From NCBI GenBank assembly GCA_963796275.1, contig CAWCKY010000003.1, forward strand, positions 1,280,001 through 1,344,000: a DNA stretch of 64,000 nt, read 5' to 3'. The position numbers and the translations under genes are program-made. This document shows, piece by piece, positions 27,868-38,061 of this stretch. The first letter of the stretch is position 1, and every line of letters begins with the position of its first letter. This DNA comes from an uncultured Acidobacteriota bacterium (GTDB lineage: Bacteria; Acidobacteriota; Blastocatellia; RBC074). The notes under the pieces are model-generated. The model searched no databases. It was given only the letters and a program-made list of their open reading frames with translations, and was not told the origin of the DNA.

Positions 27868-30406
27868 TCTTTTTTGTTTTCGATACCCGTTTACCAGCTG
27901 GTTTACCGGCTGGAGATTTCCTGGCTGTAACCATCGCGCCGTTGACGGTCTTGTGGTCACACTCCTCCTCAGAGCAGTAGCGTGTAGTCTCTTCCTTCTT
28001 CGCATTGAATTTTTCGAGCAGAAACGGTTTGTTGCATTGCGGGCAGACCTCGGCAATCGGTTTATCCCAGAAAACCGCATCACAATTGGGATATTCCGAA
28101 CAGCCGTAAAAAGTTTTGCCGCGCTTCGATTTTTTTACGATGATCTCGCCCTTACAACCGGCACGCGGACAGGCGACGCCAGTAGATTCGCGTTTAATAA
28201 ATTTGCATTCGGGATAACGCGAACAGGCGGTAAATTCACCGAAAGGGCCATGCCTGATCGCTAATTGCGATTCGCAAACCGGACATAACTCGTCGAGCAT
28301 GACGGGAGCAGCTGCAACGCCCGTCTTGGTGATCTTGCGCGTATTTTTGCATTCGGGATAACCCGTACAGGCCAGGAACTGGCCGAATCTGCCGCGCTTG
28401 AGCGCCATCGTGCGGCTGCACTTGTCGCAGGTCTCTTCGGCGTACGGGTTTTCGGTCGCGTCGGGCTCGACCTCACCCGTGCCGTTCACTGCCGCCGGGC
28501 GTGCCAGATCGCGCGTATTCTTGCATTCGGGATAGTTGGTGCAGGCCAGGAACTGGCCGAATTTCCCGAACTTGATCGCCATCTTCGACCCGCACTTCTC
28601 GCATATCTCTTCAGTGATGATCTCCTGGCGTTTGACGTCGCGCATATGCTCTTGGGCGGCTTTGAGATCGACTGTGAACTTGTCGTAAAAACCCCTGAGC
28701 GCCGCAGTCCACTTCATATTTCCTTCTTCGATTTCGTCCAGCTCTTCCTCCATGCGCGCAGTGTATTCGACGTTGAAAAGTTCGGCGAAGCTTTCGACGA
28801 GCAGGTCGTTGACGATGAAACCGAGCTCGGTCGGATGGAACCTGTTCTCGATCTTTGCGACGTACTCGCGGTCCTGGATCACGCTCATTATCGATGCATA
28901 GGTCGACGGGCGGCCGATGCCTTTCTCTTCCAGAGCCTTGACCAGCGTCGGTTCGGTGTAGCGGGGCGGCGGATCGGTGAAATGCTGGTTGGGTTTCAGC
29001 GAATTGAGCCTCAGCTCTTCGCCCTTTTCGACCTTCGGCAGTTTGGCGGCTCGCTCGTCATCTTCTTCGTCCTTTTCATCCTTGCCTTCTTCGTAGACTG
29101 CCAGGAAGCCGTCGAATTTGATGACCGATCCGGTCGCGCGGAAGAGATATTTAGCGGCGGCGGAAACATCGATGGTCGTTTGATCGAAGATCGCCGGCAT
29201 CATCTGCGAGGCGACGAATCGCTGCCAGATCAGGCGATAGAGCGCGAGTTCGTCTTTGTCCAGATAGGGCGCAACCGTATCGGGTGTGCGTTCGACCGAG
29301 GTCGGACGGATCGCTTCGTGCGCATCCTGCGCATCCTTTTTCGAGCGATAGTGAACGGCCTTGGCCGGCAGGTATTTTTCACCGTATTGCTTGACGATGA
29401 AATCGCGCACTTCCTCCAGCGCGACCGCGGAGACGCGCGTCGAATCGGTTCGCATATAAGTGATCAGACCGACAGCGCCTTCGCTGCCGATCTCCTTCCC
29501 TTCATAGAGCCTCTGCGCGACCTGCATCGTTTTCTTGGCAGTGAATCGTAGTTTGCGCGAGGCCTCCATCTGTAATTTCGAAGTGATGAACGGCGGAACC
29601 GGATTACGCTTCTTCTCCTTGGTTGCGACCTCGGAGACGATATAGTGAGCGCCTTCGAGCTCGTCCAATATGCTCTTGGCCGCCGATTCGTCTTTGATGT
29701 GGAACTCGTTCTTCTTGACCCCCTGGTCGAAGCCCGATGTCTTGACTGTTTGATCGGCGACCTTATACAACCGCGCGTCGAAGGGGGGCGGCAACAGTGC
29801 TGAGAGGTTGGCGATGATCGACCAGTATTCGGTTTTAACGAAGGCCTGAATCTCGCGCTCGCGCTCGACGACCAGACGAACCGCGACCGTTTGCACGCGG
29901 CCCGCCGAGAGTCCGCGACGTACTTTATCCCAGAGCAGCGGGCTGACCTGATAGCCTACGAGACGATCGAGCACGCGGCGCGCCTGTTGCGCATCGACGA
30001 GATTGTCATTGATAGCACCGGGATTCTTAAAGGCCTCATTTATAGCGCTCTTTGTAATCTCGTTGAAGAGCACGCGGTAGATCGTCTTCTTCGCCTGCCC
30101 GCGCCCGCTCTTGACGACCTCCGCGATATGTTTGCCGATCGCTTCGCCTTCGCGATCCGGGTCGGTTGCGACGTAAACCGTCTCGGCCTCCTTCGCCGCG
30201 TCCTTGATCTCCTTGACGACCTTTTCTTTACCGGGCATGACCTCATAGGTCGGCTCGAAATCGTTATCGACATCGACGCCCAGACCTTTTTTCGGCAAAT
30301 CTTTGATGTGACCGACCGATGCCAGGACTGTGAATCCCTTGCCCAGATATTTATTGATGGTTTTCGCCTTAGACGGCGATTCCACTATAACCAGTGATTT
30401 CGACAT
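27851..30406 (-). CDS. topA: DNA topoisomerase I with C-terminal Zn ribbons
   Basis: LVIVESPSKAKTI, ATDPDREGEAI, SAGRVQ, LITYMRTDS, AQDAHEAIRPT, GIGRPSTY. Confidence 0.98.
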   Translation of the reverse strand: MSKSLVIVESPSKAKTINKYLGKGFTVLASVGHIKDLPKKGLGVDVDNDFEPTYEVMPGKEKVVKEIKDAAKEAETVYVATDPDREGEAIGKHIAEVVKSGRGQAKKTIYRVLFNEITKSAINEAFKNPGAINDNLVDAQQARRVLDRLVGYQVSPLLWDKVRRGLSAGRVQTVAVRLVVEREREIQAFVKTEYWSIIANLSALLPPPFDARLYKVADQTVKTSGFDQGVKKNEFHIKDESAAKSILDELEGAHYIVSEVATKEKKRNPVPPFITSKLQMEASRKLRFTAKKTMQVAQRLYEGKEIGSEGAVGLITYMRTDSTRVSAVALEEVRDFIVKQYGEKYLPAKAVHYRSKKDAQDAHEAIRPTSVERTPDTVAPYLDKDELALYRLIWQRFVASQMMPAIFDQTTIDVSAAAKYLFRATGSVIKFDGFLAVYEEGKDEKDEEDDERAAKLPKVEKGEELRLNSLKPNQHFTDPPPRYTEPTLVKALEEKGIGRPSTYASIMSVIQDREYVAKIENRFHPTELGFIVNDLLVESFAELFNVEYTARMEEELDEIEEGNMKWTAALRGFYDKFTVDLKAAQEHMRDVKRQEIITEEICEKCGSKMAIKFGKFGQFLACTNYPECKNTRDLARPAAVNGTGEVEPDATENPYAEETCDKCSRTMALKRGRFGQFLACTGYPECKNTRKITKTGVAAAPVMLDELCPVCESQLAIRHGPFGEFTACSRYPECKFIKRESTGVACPRAGCKGEIIVKKSKRGKTFYGCSEYPNCDAVFWDKPIAEVCPQCNKPFLLEKFNAKKEETTRYCSEEECDHKTVNGAMVTARKSPAGKPAGKRVSKTKKNDSEK

Positions 30407-30523
30407 ATATTATTCAACTCATTCTCCTGCAGAGTAATGATCCAACATAAATCACATTGCCTCTGATTGCAAAATGCAGATCAAATAACACAAACGCGGC
30501 TCCCAGTTCAAGCCGCGTCATGG

Positions 30524-30639
30524 TCGGTTGCCGGTTGTCGGTCGTCGGTGGTCGGTTAGGGGTTGCAGATAGTCGATTATAAACCCTTACAAAATTGCGT
30601 CTATTAACCGACGACCGACGACCGATAACCGGCAACCGA
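30524..30639. repeat. 35-bp inverted repeat of five heptamers (TCGGTnn)
   Basis: 30524-30558 vs 30605-30639, two mismatches, 46-nt loop. Confidence 0.9.
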
Positions 30640-30644
30640 AATTA

Positions 30645-31373
30645 TTATTCTTCTGCAGCATCAAGGGCTTCTTCAAGGGTGAAAACGCCCTCGTAGAGCG
30701 CTTTGCCGATGATCACGCTATCGACTCCGTATCGCTCGAGTTCTTTCAACGCATAAATCTCATCGAGCGAGGCGACGCCGCCGGATGCCGTGACCTTCAA
30801 TCCACACGCTTCGGCGATCTCCTGTGTGGCTTCGATGTTGAGGCCGCTCAGCATGCCGTCGCGTGCGATATCGGTGTATACGATGCGTTCGACGCCCATT
30901 TCGGCGATCTTTTGGGCGAAGTCGATGGCGTTCACGTTCGATAATTTCTCCCACCCGCGGAGCGCCACCTTGCCTTCGCGCGCATCGACGCCTACCACTA
31001 CCGTCGAGCCGAACTCATCTAAGATGTGCGTAAGGAGCACCGGGTTTTCTATCGCCGTCGTGCCTATGACAATGCGGGTTGCGCCGAGCTCGTCGAGACG
31101 CCGGACGTCATCGAGTGTGCGCACACCTCCTCCGAACTGCACCGGGATATTCACCTCATAGAGGATACGTTCCAGTGCCTTGAGGTTATCGGTGTCGTCC
31201 TTGTTGAGCGCCGCGTCAAGGTTGACGATATGAAGCATTTCCGCGCCTTCGTCGTACCATCGCTTAGCGATAACAACAGGATTCTCGGAATAAACGGTCT
31301 CGGCGGAAGCTTGGCCTTGTGTGAGTCTCACGCAGCGGCCGCCGCGCAGATCAATCGCTGGGATGATGATCAT
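30645..31373 (-). CDS. hisA: ProFAR isomerase
   Basis: IPAIDLRGGRCVRLTQG, QFGGGVR, YTDIARDGML, ASGGV. Confidence 0.96.
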   Translation of the reverse strand: MIIIPAIDLRGGRCVRLTQGQASAETVYSENPVVIAKRWYDEGAEMLHIVNLDAALNKDDTDNLKALERILYEVNIPVQFGGGVRTLDDVRRLDELGATRIVIGTTAIENPVLLTHILDEFGSTVVVGVDAREGKVALRGWEKLSNVNAIDFAQKIAEMGVERIVYTDIARDGMLSGLNIEATQEIAEACGLKVTASGGVASLDEIYALKELERYGVDSVIIGKALYEGVFTLEEALDAAEE

Positions 31374-31565
31374 AAGGAGGAATTGAATGGATTATGGGAG
31401 CTGGCCAGGCTGCCTGTATAAAATTCTCTGGCGTACTCTCTGAACATTGTTTCACCTGCGTCTGAATATCTCAGAGCGAGACTGCCTGAGTCGAACTATT
31501 GTGCTAATTTTGGGGGTTGACTGTTATATTTACTAAACACCCGCTTACTTCTGACAACCTAAATA

Positions 31566-33068
31566 CTACTCATTTTCCGGTTTCAGGCAAGGATTTTTCA
31601 GTGCTTTCGCCAATCGGCGGACCCCCTCCTGAATTTTGCGTTCGCTCAGATTCGCATACCCGAAAACAAACTCATCCGATCTGGCATCGGCGAGGTAATA
31701 TGATCTCGCGCTGAGAATCCCCACGCCAGCCTCCTGTGCTCTCCGCAATACCTCATTATCATTGAATCCGGTCTTTATGCGGGCCATCAGATGTATTCCG
31801 GCATTCTCGCCGAGGATCGCCACACAGTCTCCGAAGTGTTGTTTGAGCGAACGCGTCAGAGTTTGACGCCGACGGTCATAAAGCGTGCGCATCCGTCGCA
31901 GATGCCGTTCGAGGTGCCCTTCATTAATGAAGTCAGCCAAAACGCGCTGTTCGAGCGTCGGCGTCTGGCGGTCGGTTAACCAGCGCGCGCGCACGAAGAT
32001 GCGCACCAGAGGCTGCGGCACGACCAGATACCCCACCCGCAGTGAGGGGAAGAGAACTTTTGAAAAAGTCCCGGCATAGATGACATTTTCATTTTCATCC
32101 AGTCCCTGCAGGGCGGGGATCGGACGGCTGCTATAGCGAAATTCGCTGTCGTAGTCGTCCTCGACGATCATAGCTCCCATTTCCGCGGCCCAGGCGATCA
32201 ATTCCAGCCTCCTCGGCAGACAAAGGACAGCGCCCGTGGGAAATTGGTGCGAAGGGGTGACGTAAATCAATTTGGTCTGGCCGGAGGCCCGGGCCGGTAA
32301 TTTCTCGATGATAATTCCGAATTGATCGACCGGCACCGGTTCCAATCGCGCCCCCTGCGCCAGGAACCGGCGGCGCGCACCGAGGTAGCCGGGATTTTCG
32401 AGTGCCACCCTGTCACACCGATCGATCAGAACCTTCGTCACCAGGTCGATCGCTTGTTGCGAACCGTTGACGATGATCACCTGGTCGGCTGTGCAGCGCG
32501 TCCCACGCGATCGCCCCAGATAGCCCGCGATCGCTGCGCGTAATCCAGGGTCGCCCTGAGCGGTTGCCGCATAGTCGAGGAGCTTCGCCCGGTCGGACCG
32601 GCAGTGGCGCAGCAGCAGGCGACGCCAGACGTCCATCGGAAATTCATCGAGAGCTGGAATGCCGTACCTGAAATGAAAAGGCATTACCGGCTCCGGCGGC
32701 TCGAAGGGGGCAGCGTCGGCCAGACTCTCGCCGTACTGCGAAAGCTTCGGTGAGGGAGTTCTGCCTTTTTGCGCGCCTAATTTGTGGGTCCCGGACGGAG
32801 CCACCTGCAATAAATCGTCGGGCAGTTGGTCGCTCACCTTTGTGCCCGAACCGACCGCGCTTTGCAGATATCCTTCGCTGATGAGCTGGTCATAGCTCTG
32901 TGTCACCGTCGAGCGAGAAACCCCGAGAGAGACAGCGAGCATACGCGTCGAGGGCACAGATGCCCCCGCGGTCAGGCGTCCCGTCAAGATAGATTTGCGG
33001 ATCTCTTCATAAAGTTGTCGGTGCAGTGGAACGCTTGAGCGATTATCGAGCGTGATCATGATATCCAT
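31566..33068 (-). CDS. MocR/GabR-family regulator (GntR wHTH + PLP aminotransferase-like domain)
   Basis: PSTRMLAVSLGVSRSTV, YVTPSHQFPTG, EDDYDSEFRY, GTFSKVLFPSLRVGY. Confidence 0.95.
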   Translation of the reverse strand: MDIMITLDNRSSVPLHRQLYEEIRKSILTGRLTAGASVPSTRMLAVSLGVSRSTVTQSYDQLISEGYLQSAVGSGTKVSDQLPDDLLQVAPSGTHKLGAQKGRTPSPKLSQYGESLADAAPFEPPEPVMPFHFRYGIPALDEFPMDVWRRLLLRHCRSDRAKLLDYAATAQGDPGLRAAIAGYLGRSRGTRCTADQVIIVNGSQQAIDLVTKVLIDRCDRVALENPGYLGARRRFLAQGARLEPVPVDQFGIIIEKLPARASGQTKLIYVTPSHQFPTGAVLCLPRRLELIAWAAEMGAMIVEDDYDSEFRYSSRPIPALQGLDENENVIYAGTFSKVLFPSLRVGYLVVPQPLVRIFVRARWLTDRQTPTLEQRVLADFINEGHLERHLRRMRTLYDRRRQTLTRSLKQHFGDCVAILGENAGIHLMARIKTGFNDNEVLRRAQEAGVGILSARSYYLADARSDEFVFGYANLSERKIQEGVRRLAKALKNPCLKPENE

Positions 33069-33150
33069 ACGAGACCCCTAGATTTTCCATCGCCATATGT
33101 CACCCAATCCTGCCCCTGACAGCCAAATGACAAATTGAAACGTTTTGTGG

Positions 33151-33198
33151 AGTGGACTGCTCAATCTTTGTAAAAGTGGCTCTTGCGGCAAGCCACTT
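33151..33198. promoter_or_regulatory. Putative MocR operator
   Basis: AGTGGACT at 33151 plus inverted pair AAGTGGCT-N9-AGCCACTT (33174-33198) in the divergent intergenic region. Confidence 0.6.
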
Positions 33199-33269
33199 AA
33201 GAGGCTAATCTACCTGTCCTTTAGATTGCAAGCGAGGACAAACAGCGAAGAGAAACAGGAAGATGGGCT

Positions 33270-33956
33270 ATGGAGAAATTTACGCCGACGTCGCGGACGA
33301 CACTGAAGAGGTTGCCTAAGCGTGGGGAATACGATCGAGAGATCGTCTACCGAATTTTAGACGAGGGGTTTGTATGCCATATCGCCTTCGTCGTCGACGG
33401 TCAACCGTACGCGATTCCGACCGGCTATGGTCGCTCCGGCGACACTCTTTATATTCACGGGTCGGCCGCGAGCCGGATGTTGCGTTCGCTCGCCGGCGGA
33501 GTTCCGGTTTGCGTAACAGTGGCGCTGATCGACGGGCTCGTGCTTGCGCGCTCGGCATTTAGTCATTCGATAAATTATCGCTCGGTCGTGATCTTCGGAA
33601 CGGCGATCAAGGTCGAAGACGCGGAAGAGAAGGCGAAGGCTCTTAAAACCTTCACGGAGCACGTCATTCCGGGCCGTTGGAGCGAGGTCCGCCAGCCGAA
33701 TGAACAGGAGTTGAGAGCCACGACTGTTCTGGCATTGCCGCTCGTCGAAGTATCGGCCAAGGTTCGCACCGGTCCGCCGAAGGACGACGAGGAGGATCTC
33801 GCCTATCCGGTGTGGGCAGGCGTATTGCCTCTGCGAATGGCCGCGCTTGCCCCGATCGACGATCCTTATCTATCATCGGAGATTGAACCGCCGGACTACG
33901 TTCTGAATTATGCGAGGGGAACCGTCAATGCTGGAAGTTTTGATGAAGAAGTTTGA
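33270..33956 (+). CDS. Pyridoxamine 5'-phosphate oxidase-like flavin-binding protein (NimA-like)
   Basis: RLPKRGEYD, LYIHGSAASRM, DGLVLARSAF.HSINYRSV. Confidence 0.92.
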   Translation: MEKFTPTSRTTLKRLPKRGEYDREIVYRILDEGFVCHIAFVVDGQPYAIPTGYGRSGDTLYIHGSAASRMLRSLAGGVPVCVTVALIDGLVLARSAFSHSINYRSVVIFGTAIKVEDAEEKAKALKTFTEHVIPGRWSEVRQPNEQELRATTVLALPLVEVSAKVRTGPPKDDEEDLAYPVWAGVLPLRMAALAPIDDPYLSSEIEPPDYVLNYARGTVNAGSFDEEV

Positions 33957-34296
33957 AAACCCTGACGAAACGCGCATGTTTGAGAACGGAAGATTCGAGA
34001 TCGTTAACATCGGCGGAATGACGATCGGCAGAGCGAGTTATGAACCCGGCTGGAGATGGTCGGAGCACGTTGGCCCGGATGCGGGAGCTCCCTTATGCGA
34101 AGTTGAGCATGTTGGGATGGTTTTATCAGGCAGTGCGATCGCCGCAATGAATGACGGCACGCAATATGAGCTCACGCCGGGGAGCCTGTTCTACATACCA
34201 CCCGTACCGCACGACAGCTGGGTAATCGGTGATGAGCCATACGTCTCGCTTCACTTTCTGGGAGCAGAACATTATACGAAGGGGGAAAAGAGATGA
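33928..34296 (+). CDS. Cupin-domain protein
   Basis: YEPGWRWSEHV, CEVEHVG, PHDSWV. Confidence 0.85.
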   Translation: MLEVLMKKFENPDETRMFENGRFEIVNIGGMTIGRASYEPGWRWSEHVGPDAGAPLCEVEHVGMVLSGSAIAAMNDGTQYELTPGSLFYIPPVPHDSWVIGDEPYVSLHFLGAEHYTKGEKR

Positions 34297-34763
34297 AGGA
34301 AGCCGAAAGAAGAGCATTGATTGCGAAGTATGCGGGCGGCTACGACGAAGTCGTCGAAGCGCTTAAGGGATTTCCGGAGGACCAGCTGACGGCGCGTCCG
34401 GTGACGGGCAAGTGGAGCGCGTGCGAGATCGTGCAGCATCTGGCCGACAGCGAGATGACATCCGCAATCAGGTTGCGGCGGCTCCTGGTTGAAGATAGTC
34501 CTGTTCTTGAGGGCTATGATCAGGAACTGTTCGCGAGGCGCCTTAATTACAACAGTCGTGAGATGGAGCCTGCGCTTCTCGCGTTCCGCGCGGCGCGTTT
34601 GACGACGGTTCAGTTGCTCGAAGGGATGACCGATGATGACTGGCGGCGCGAAGGGAGGCATACGGAGAGCGGCAGGTATACGACCGAGGATTGGTTGAAG
34701 AGTTATGCCGCGCACGCGCACACCCATGCCGATCAGATTCGAAACCTGAGTAAGCATTTGTAA
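34293..34763 (+). CDS. DinB/YfiT-family protein
   Basis: GKWSACEIVQHLADSE...HAHTHADQI. Confidence 0.88.
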   Translation: MKEAERRALIAKYAGGYDEVVEALKGFPEDQLTARPVTGKWSACEIVQHLADSEMTSAIRLRRLLVEDSPVLEGYDQELFARRLNYNSREMEPALLAFRAARLTTVQLLEGMTDDDWRREGRHTESGRYTTEDWLKSYAAHAHTHADQIRNLSKHL

Positions 34764-34808
34764 TTTCAGCTCAATCTAGTTCTTTATTATTTGGGAAGGA
34801 CTCATCAG

Positions 34809-35327
34809 ATGACCAGACCGAATTCGACAGAATACGCACCGTACTATGAAAAATACATTTCGCTCGTTCCCGGTGAGAACATCGTCACGACCCTGACGAG
34901 TCAAATCGAGGACACCCTGACGCTGATACGCGGCCTCAGTGAGTCACAGGGCGATTTGCGGTACGCTCCGGGCAAGTGGAGTATCAAGGAAGTGATCGGC
35001 CATCTCATCGATGCTGAGCGAATATTCAATTATCGCGCATTGCGGGTGGCGCGCAGCGATCGGACGCCCTTGCCGGGTTTTGATGAAAATAATTATGTAG
35101 AAAACGGCAACTTCGGCGATCGCCGGATGGCGGAGCTCGCCGATGAATTCCAAACCGTGCGAAAGTCTGGCGTCTACATCTTCGGGCATCTCGACGCAGA
35201 TGCCTGGATCCGGCACGGTGTGGCGAATGATAGCGAGATCAGCGTGCGTGCCATTGCCCATATCGTCGCCGGGCATGAACGGCATCATCTCGGAATCATC
35301 CGCACGCGATACCTCGGGATAAGTTGA
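34809..35327 (+). CDS. DinB-family protein
   Basis: YAPGKWSIKEVIGHLIDAERIF...GHERHH. Confidence 0.9.
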   Translation: MTRPNSTEYAPYYEKYISLVPGENIVTTLTSQIEDTLTLIRGLSESQGDLRYAPGKWSIKEVIGHLIDAERIFNYRALRVARSDRTPLPGFDENNYVENGNFGDRRMAELADEFQTVRKSGVYIFGHLDADAWIRHGVANDSEISVRAIAHIVAGHERHHLGIIRTRYLGIS

Positions 35328-35334
35328 GGGATAC

Positions 35335-35730
35335 GTGATGTCAACTGAGATTTTTGTGAATTACGGAGAGGTAGTGAGCGTCGAAGCGCTTCGGGGGTAT
35401 AGCGAGAAAGCACACCTGCGAGTCGCGGACGCTCTCAGCCATCTCACTGACCCGGAAGGATTGAGGTCTGCCGTACTTTTCGAGCACGGCAGTTTACAGG
35501 TGAAGATCTATGCTCCGAGAGGACACGATCCGCAGAGGCCGCATACGCGAGATGAAATTTATGTGATAGCGCAAGGCACCGGCATATATTTCGATGGATC
35601 GGCTCGACGGAGGTTTCGTCCTGGCGAGCTGATATTCGAGCCGGCCGGTAGCGAGCACCGGTTCGATGAATTCACGGAAGATTTCGCCGTTTGGGTGCTC
35701 TTTTATGGTCCCGAGGGCGGAGAGGAATGA
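35335..35730 (+). CDS. Cupin-domain protein
   Basis: DPQRPHTRDEIY...PAGSEHRF. Confidence 0.85.
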   Translation: MMSTEIFVNYGEVVSVEALRGYSEKAHLRVADALSHLTDPEGLRSAVLFEHGSLQVKIYAPRGHDPQRPHTRDEIYVIAQGTGIYFDGSARRRFRPGELIFEPAGSEHRFDEFTEDFAVWVLFYGPEGGEE

Positions 35731-35803
35731 GAGGGCACGAAACGAAAGATCAGGCTCTTTGTTTATCAGCTTAGCTCGCCTTTTTCATTTTTCATATGTC
35801 TGG

Positions 35804-36409
35804 TTACATGCTCTCGGCAAAATTCCTGAGCAACTTCAATCCGGCCGACTGGCTCTTTTCCGGGTGAAACTGCACCCCGAGAATACTCCCGCGCCCGCAG
35901 ATTGAAGCGAAGCGGCTGTCGTATTCCGTCTCTCCGATTACGCACGATCGATCGCTCGTTTCGACGTAATATGAATGAACAAAATAGAAGAAGGGCTGAT
36001 CCGGCAGGCCGGAGAAGGCCGGATGGTTTTGTTTAAAGTCTACCTGATTCCAACCGACATGCGGGATGCGTACGCCATCGGGAAATCTTACGACGCGGCC
36101 CGGCAGCAATCCCAGTCCTCGATGGACTCCGAATTCGTGCCCTTCATCGAACATCATCTGAAGGCCCACACAGAGTCCGATGATCGGTTTACCCGCCATG
36201 GCAGCCTCGATCACCAATCGATCGAAACCGAGTTTGCGCAGGCTGTCCATCGCATAACCGAATGCGCCGACTCCGAGCAATACGAGCTTATCGGCTTCGC
36301 GCAATACTCGTTCATCGCGCGTTACGATCGCCGGAATGCCTTGAGATGTAAAAGCTTTTTCGACGCTCCTGAGGTTTCCGACTCCATAATCAATGATTGC
36401 GATTTTCAG
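35804..36409 (-). CDS. hisH: Imidazole glycerol phosphate synthase glutaminase subunit
   Basis: [36 protein letters not shown]; start inferred at a CTG overlapping the hisB stop. Confidence 0.93.
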   Translation of the reverse strand: MKIAIIDYGVGNLRSVEKAFTSQGIPAIVTRDERVLREADKLVLLGVGAFGYAMDSLRKLGFDRLVIEAAMAGKPIIGLCVGLQMMFDEGHEFGVHRGLGLLPGRVVRFPDGVRIPHVGWNQVDFKQNHPAFSGLPDQPFFYFVHSYYVETSDRSCVIGETEYDSRFASICGRGSILGVQFHPEKSQSAGLKLLRNFAESM

Positions 36410-36993
36410 ATAACTCCTTTCGTCGACATCACGCCTTCGATCCGTTCGTCGACGCGTATCGCTTGCGAGAGTGCGCGGGCAACCGATTTGAAGATGGCTT
36501 CGATGATGTGATGTTGATTGCGCCCATAAAAGAGTTCAACGTGCAGATTGCATTTGCAATGTTCGGCGAACGAATGCCAGAAGTGTTCTGCCAGTTCGAC
36601 CGAGAAGGTCCCGACCTTGTCCCGCGTGTTTTGTACGTGGTAGACCAGATAGGAGCGTCCCGATAGATCAACCACCGCGCGCGCCAGCGTTTCGTCCATG
36701 GGCACATAGGCTACGCCGTAACGCACGATGCCTGCTTTGTCGCCCAGGGCTTGAGCGAAGGCTTTGCCAAGGCTGATAGCGGTGTCTTCAACCGAATGGT
36801 GATCATCGATTTTGATGTCGCCCCTGCAGGTAATTTCAAGATCGAACAAGCCGTGGCGCGCGAAGAGTTCAAGCATATGATCGAGAAACGGCACATCCGT
36901 GTCTATGCGGTTTACGCCAGTGCCATCAAGATCCAGCACCATCTGCACATCGGTTTCTTTCGTTTTTCGTTTGATTTCCGCTTTTCGACTCAT
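36406..36993 (-). CDS. hisB: Imidazoleglycerol-phosphate dehydratase
   Basis: [36 protein letters not shown]. Confidence 0.97.
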   Translation of the reverse strand: MSRKAEIKRKTKETDVQMVLDLDGTGVNRIDTDVPFLDHMLELFARHGLFDLEITCRGDIKIDDHHSVEDTAISLGKAFAQALGDKAGIVRYGVAYVPMDETLARAVVDLSGRSYLVYHVQNTRDKVGTFSVELAEHFWHSFAEHCKCNLHVELFYGRNQHHIIEAIFKSVARALSQAIRVDERIEGVMSTKGVI

Positions 36994-38060
36994 CGCTCAC
37001 AAATCTGCTTCAGCGCTGCAATCAGCGCATCGTTTTCATTCGGGGTGCCGACGGTGATCCGTACGTACTCAGAAAGCATCGGCGCTTTGCTCACATCACG
37101 GATCAGAATACCCCGGGTAAGAAGTTCTTCAAAGAGCTCTTTCGGAGGGATCCCAGTCCTCACGGCAAAGAAATTGGCGGCGGAGGGAACGGGCGTCAGC
37201 CCTTTGATCTGCTTCAATTCGGAAAAAAGCCGCTCGCTCTCGCGGCGCATCGCCTCGACCTGAGGCATCAGTAGTTCGAGATTTTCAAGCGCTACCTCAG
37301 CGGCAATCCTCGAAAAGAAATTAAGACTGTATGGCATCCTAGTTTTGTTGAATTCGCGAATGAGTTCCGGCCTCGCCAGACAATAGCCGACCCTGAGCCC
37401 GCCCATCGCCATTGCTTTTGAAAAAGTCCGCAGGATGACCAGATTTTTGTACTGTTGCAACAGAGGTATGAAATCCTCTCCGCCTATCTCCTGATATGCC
37501 TGGTCGACTATCACCAGACCCGCTGTATTTCGCAGCAGAGAGGCCAGGTCGCGCGATTGGATGACGCAACCGGTCGGATTGTTGGGCGAGCAGATGATGC
37601 ACAAATCGGCCTTGCTCGTGACGATCTTGCTGGCCAGGCGCGGGATATTGAAGGTCAGATCTTCGTTAAGCGGAACAGGCAGAATCTCGCCGCCGGCTAC
37701 CTCGATGACCTGGCGATAGACTGAAAATGTAGGCTCGGGTAGGAGCACGCGCACCCCTTTTTCAACGGTCGCGTTGATTATCGATTGAATCATTTCATTC
37801 GAGCCATTACCAGCCATCACGCCGTCCGGAATCCATCCGGTATAATCAGCGAGTTTATTAAGCAGGGGAGTCGGTACGAACTCTGGATACCGCGCCCAAT
37901 CGTGTTCCATAGCCCGGCGCAAAACTTCCTGTTTAATTGCGACTGGCATCCCGAATGGGTTTTCGTTCTGATTGACCTTGATCGGCGCCTCCACCGGTGC
38001 GAGCGTGTAAGCGGTAATGGCGCGAACATTTGGTCTTATTTTGTCGAGTGGAGAAAACAT
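36990..38060 (-). CDS. hisC: Histidinol-phosphate aminotransferase
   Basis: [34 protein letters not shown]. Confidence 0.95.
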   Translation of the reverse strand: MFSPLDKIRPNVRAITAYTLAPVEAPIKVNQNENPFGMPVAIKQEVLRRAMEHDWARYPEFVPTPLLNKLADYTGWIPDGVMAGNGSNEMIQSIINATVEKGVRVLLPEPTFSVYRQVIEVAGGEILPVPLNEDLTFNIPRLASKIVTSKADLCIICSPNNPTGCVIQSRDLASLLRNTAGLVIVDQAYQEIGGEDFIPLLQQYKNLVILRTFSKAMAMGGLRVGYCLARPELIREFNKTRMPYSLNFFSRIAAEVALENLELLMPQVEAMRRESERLFSELKQIKGLTPVPSAANFFAVRTGIPPKELFEELLTRGILIRDVSKAPMLSEYVRITVGTPNENDALIAALKQICER

Positions 38061-38061
38061 T

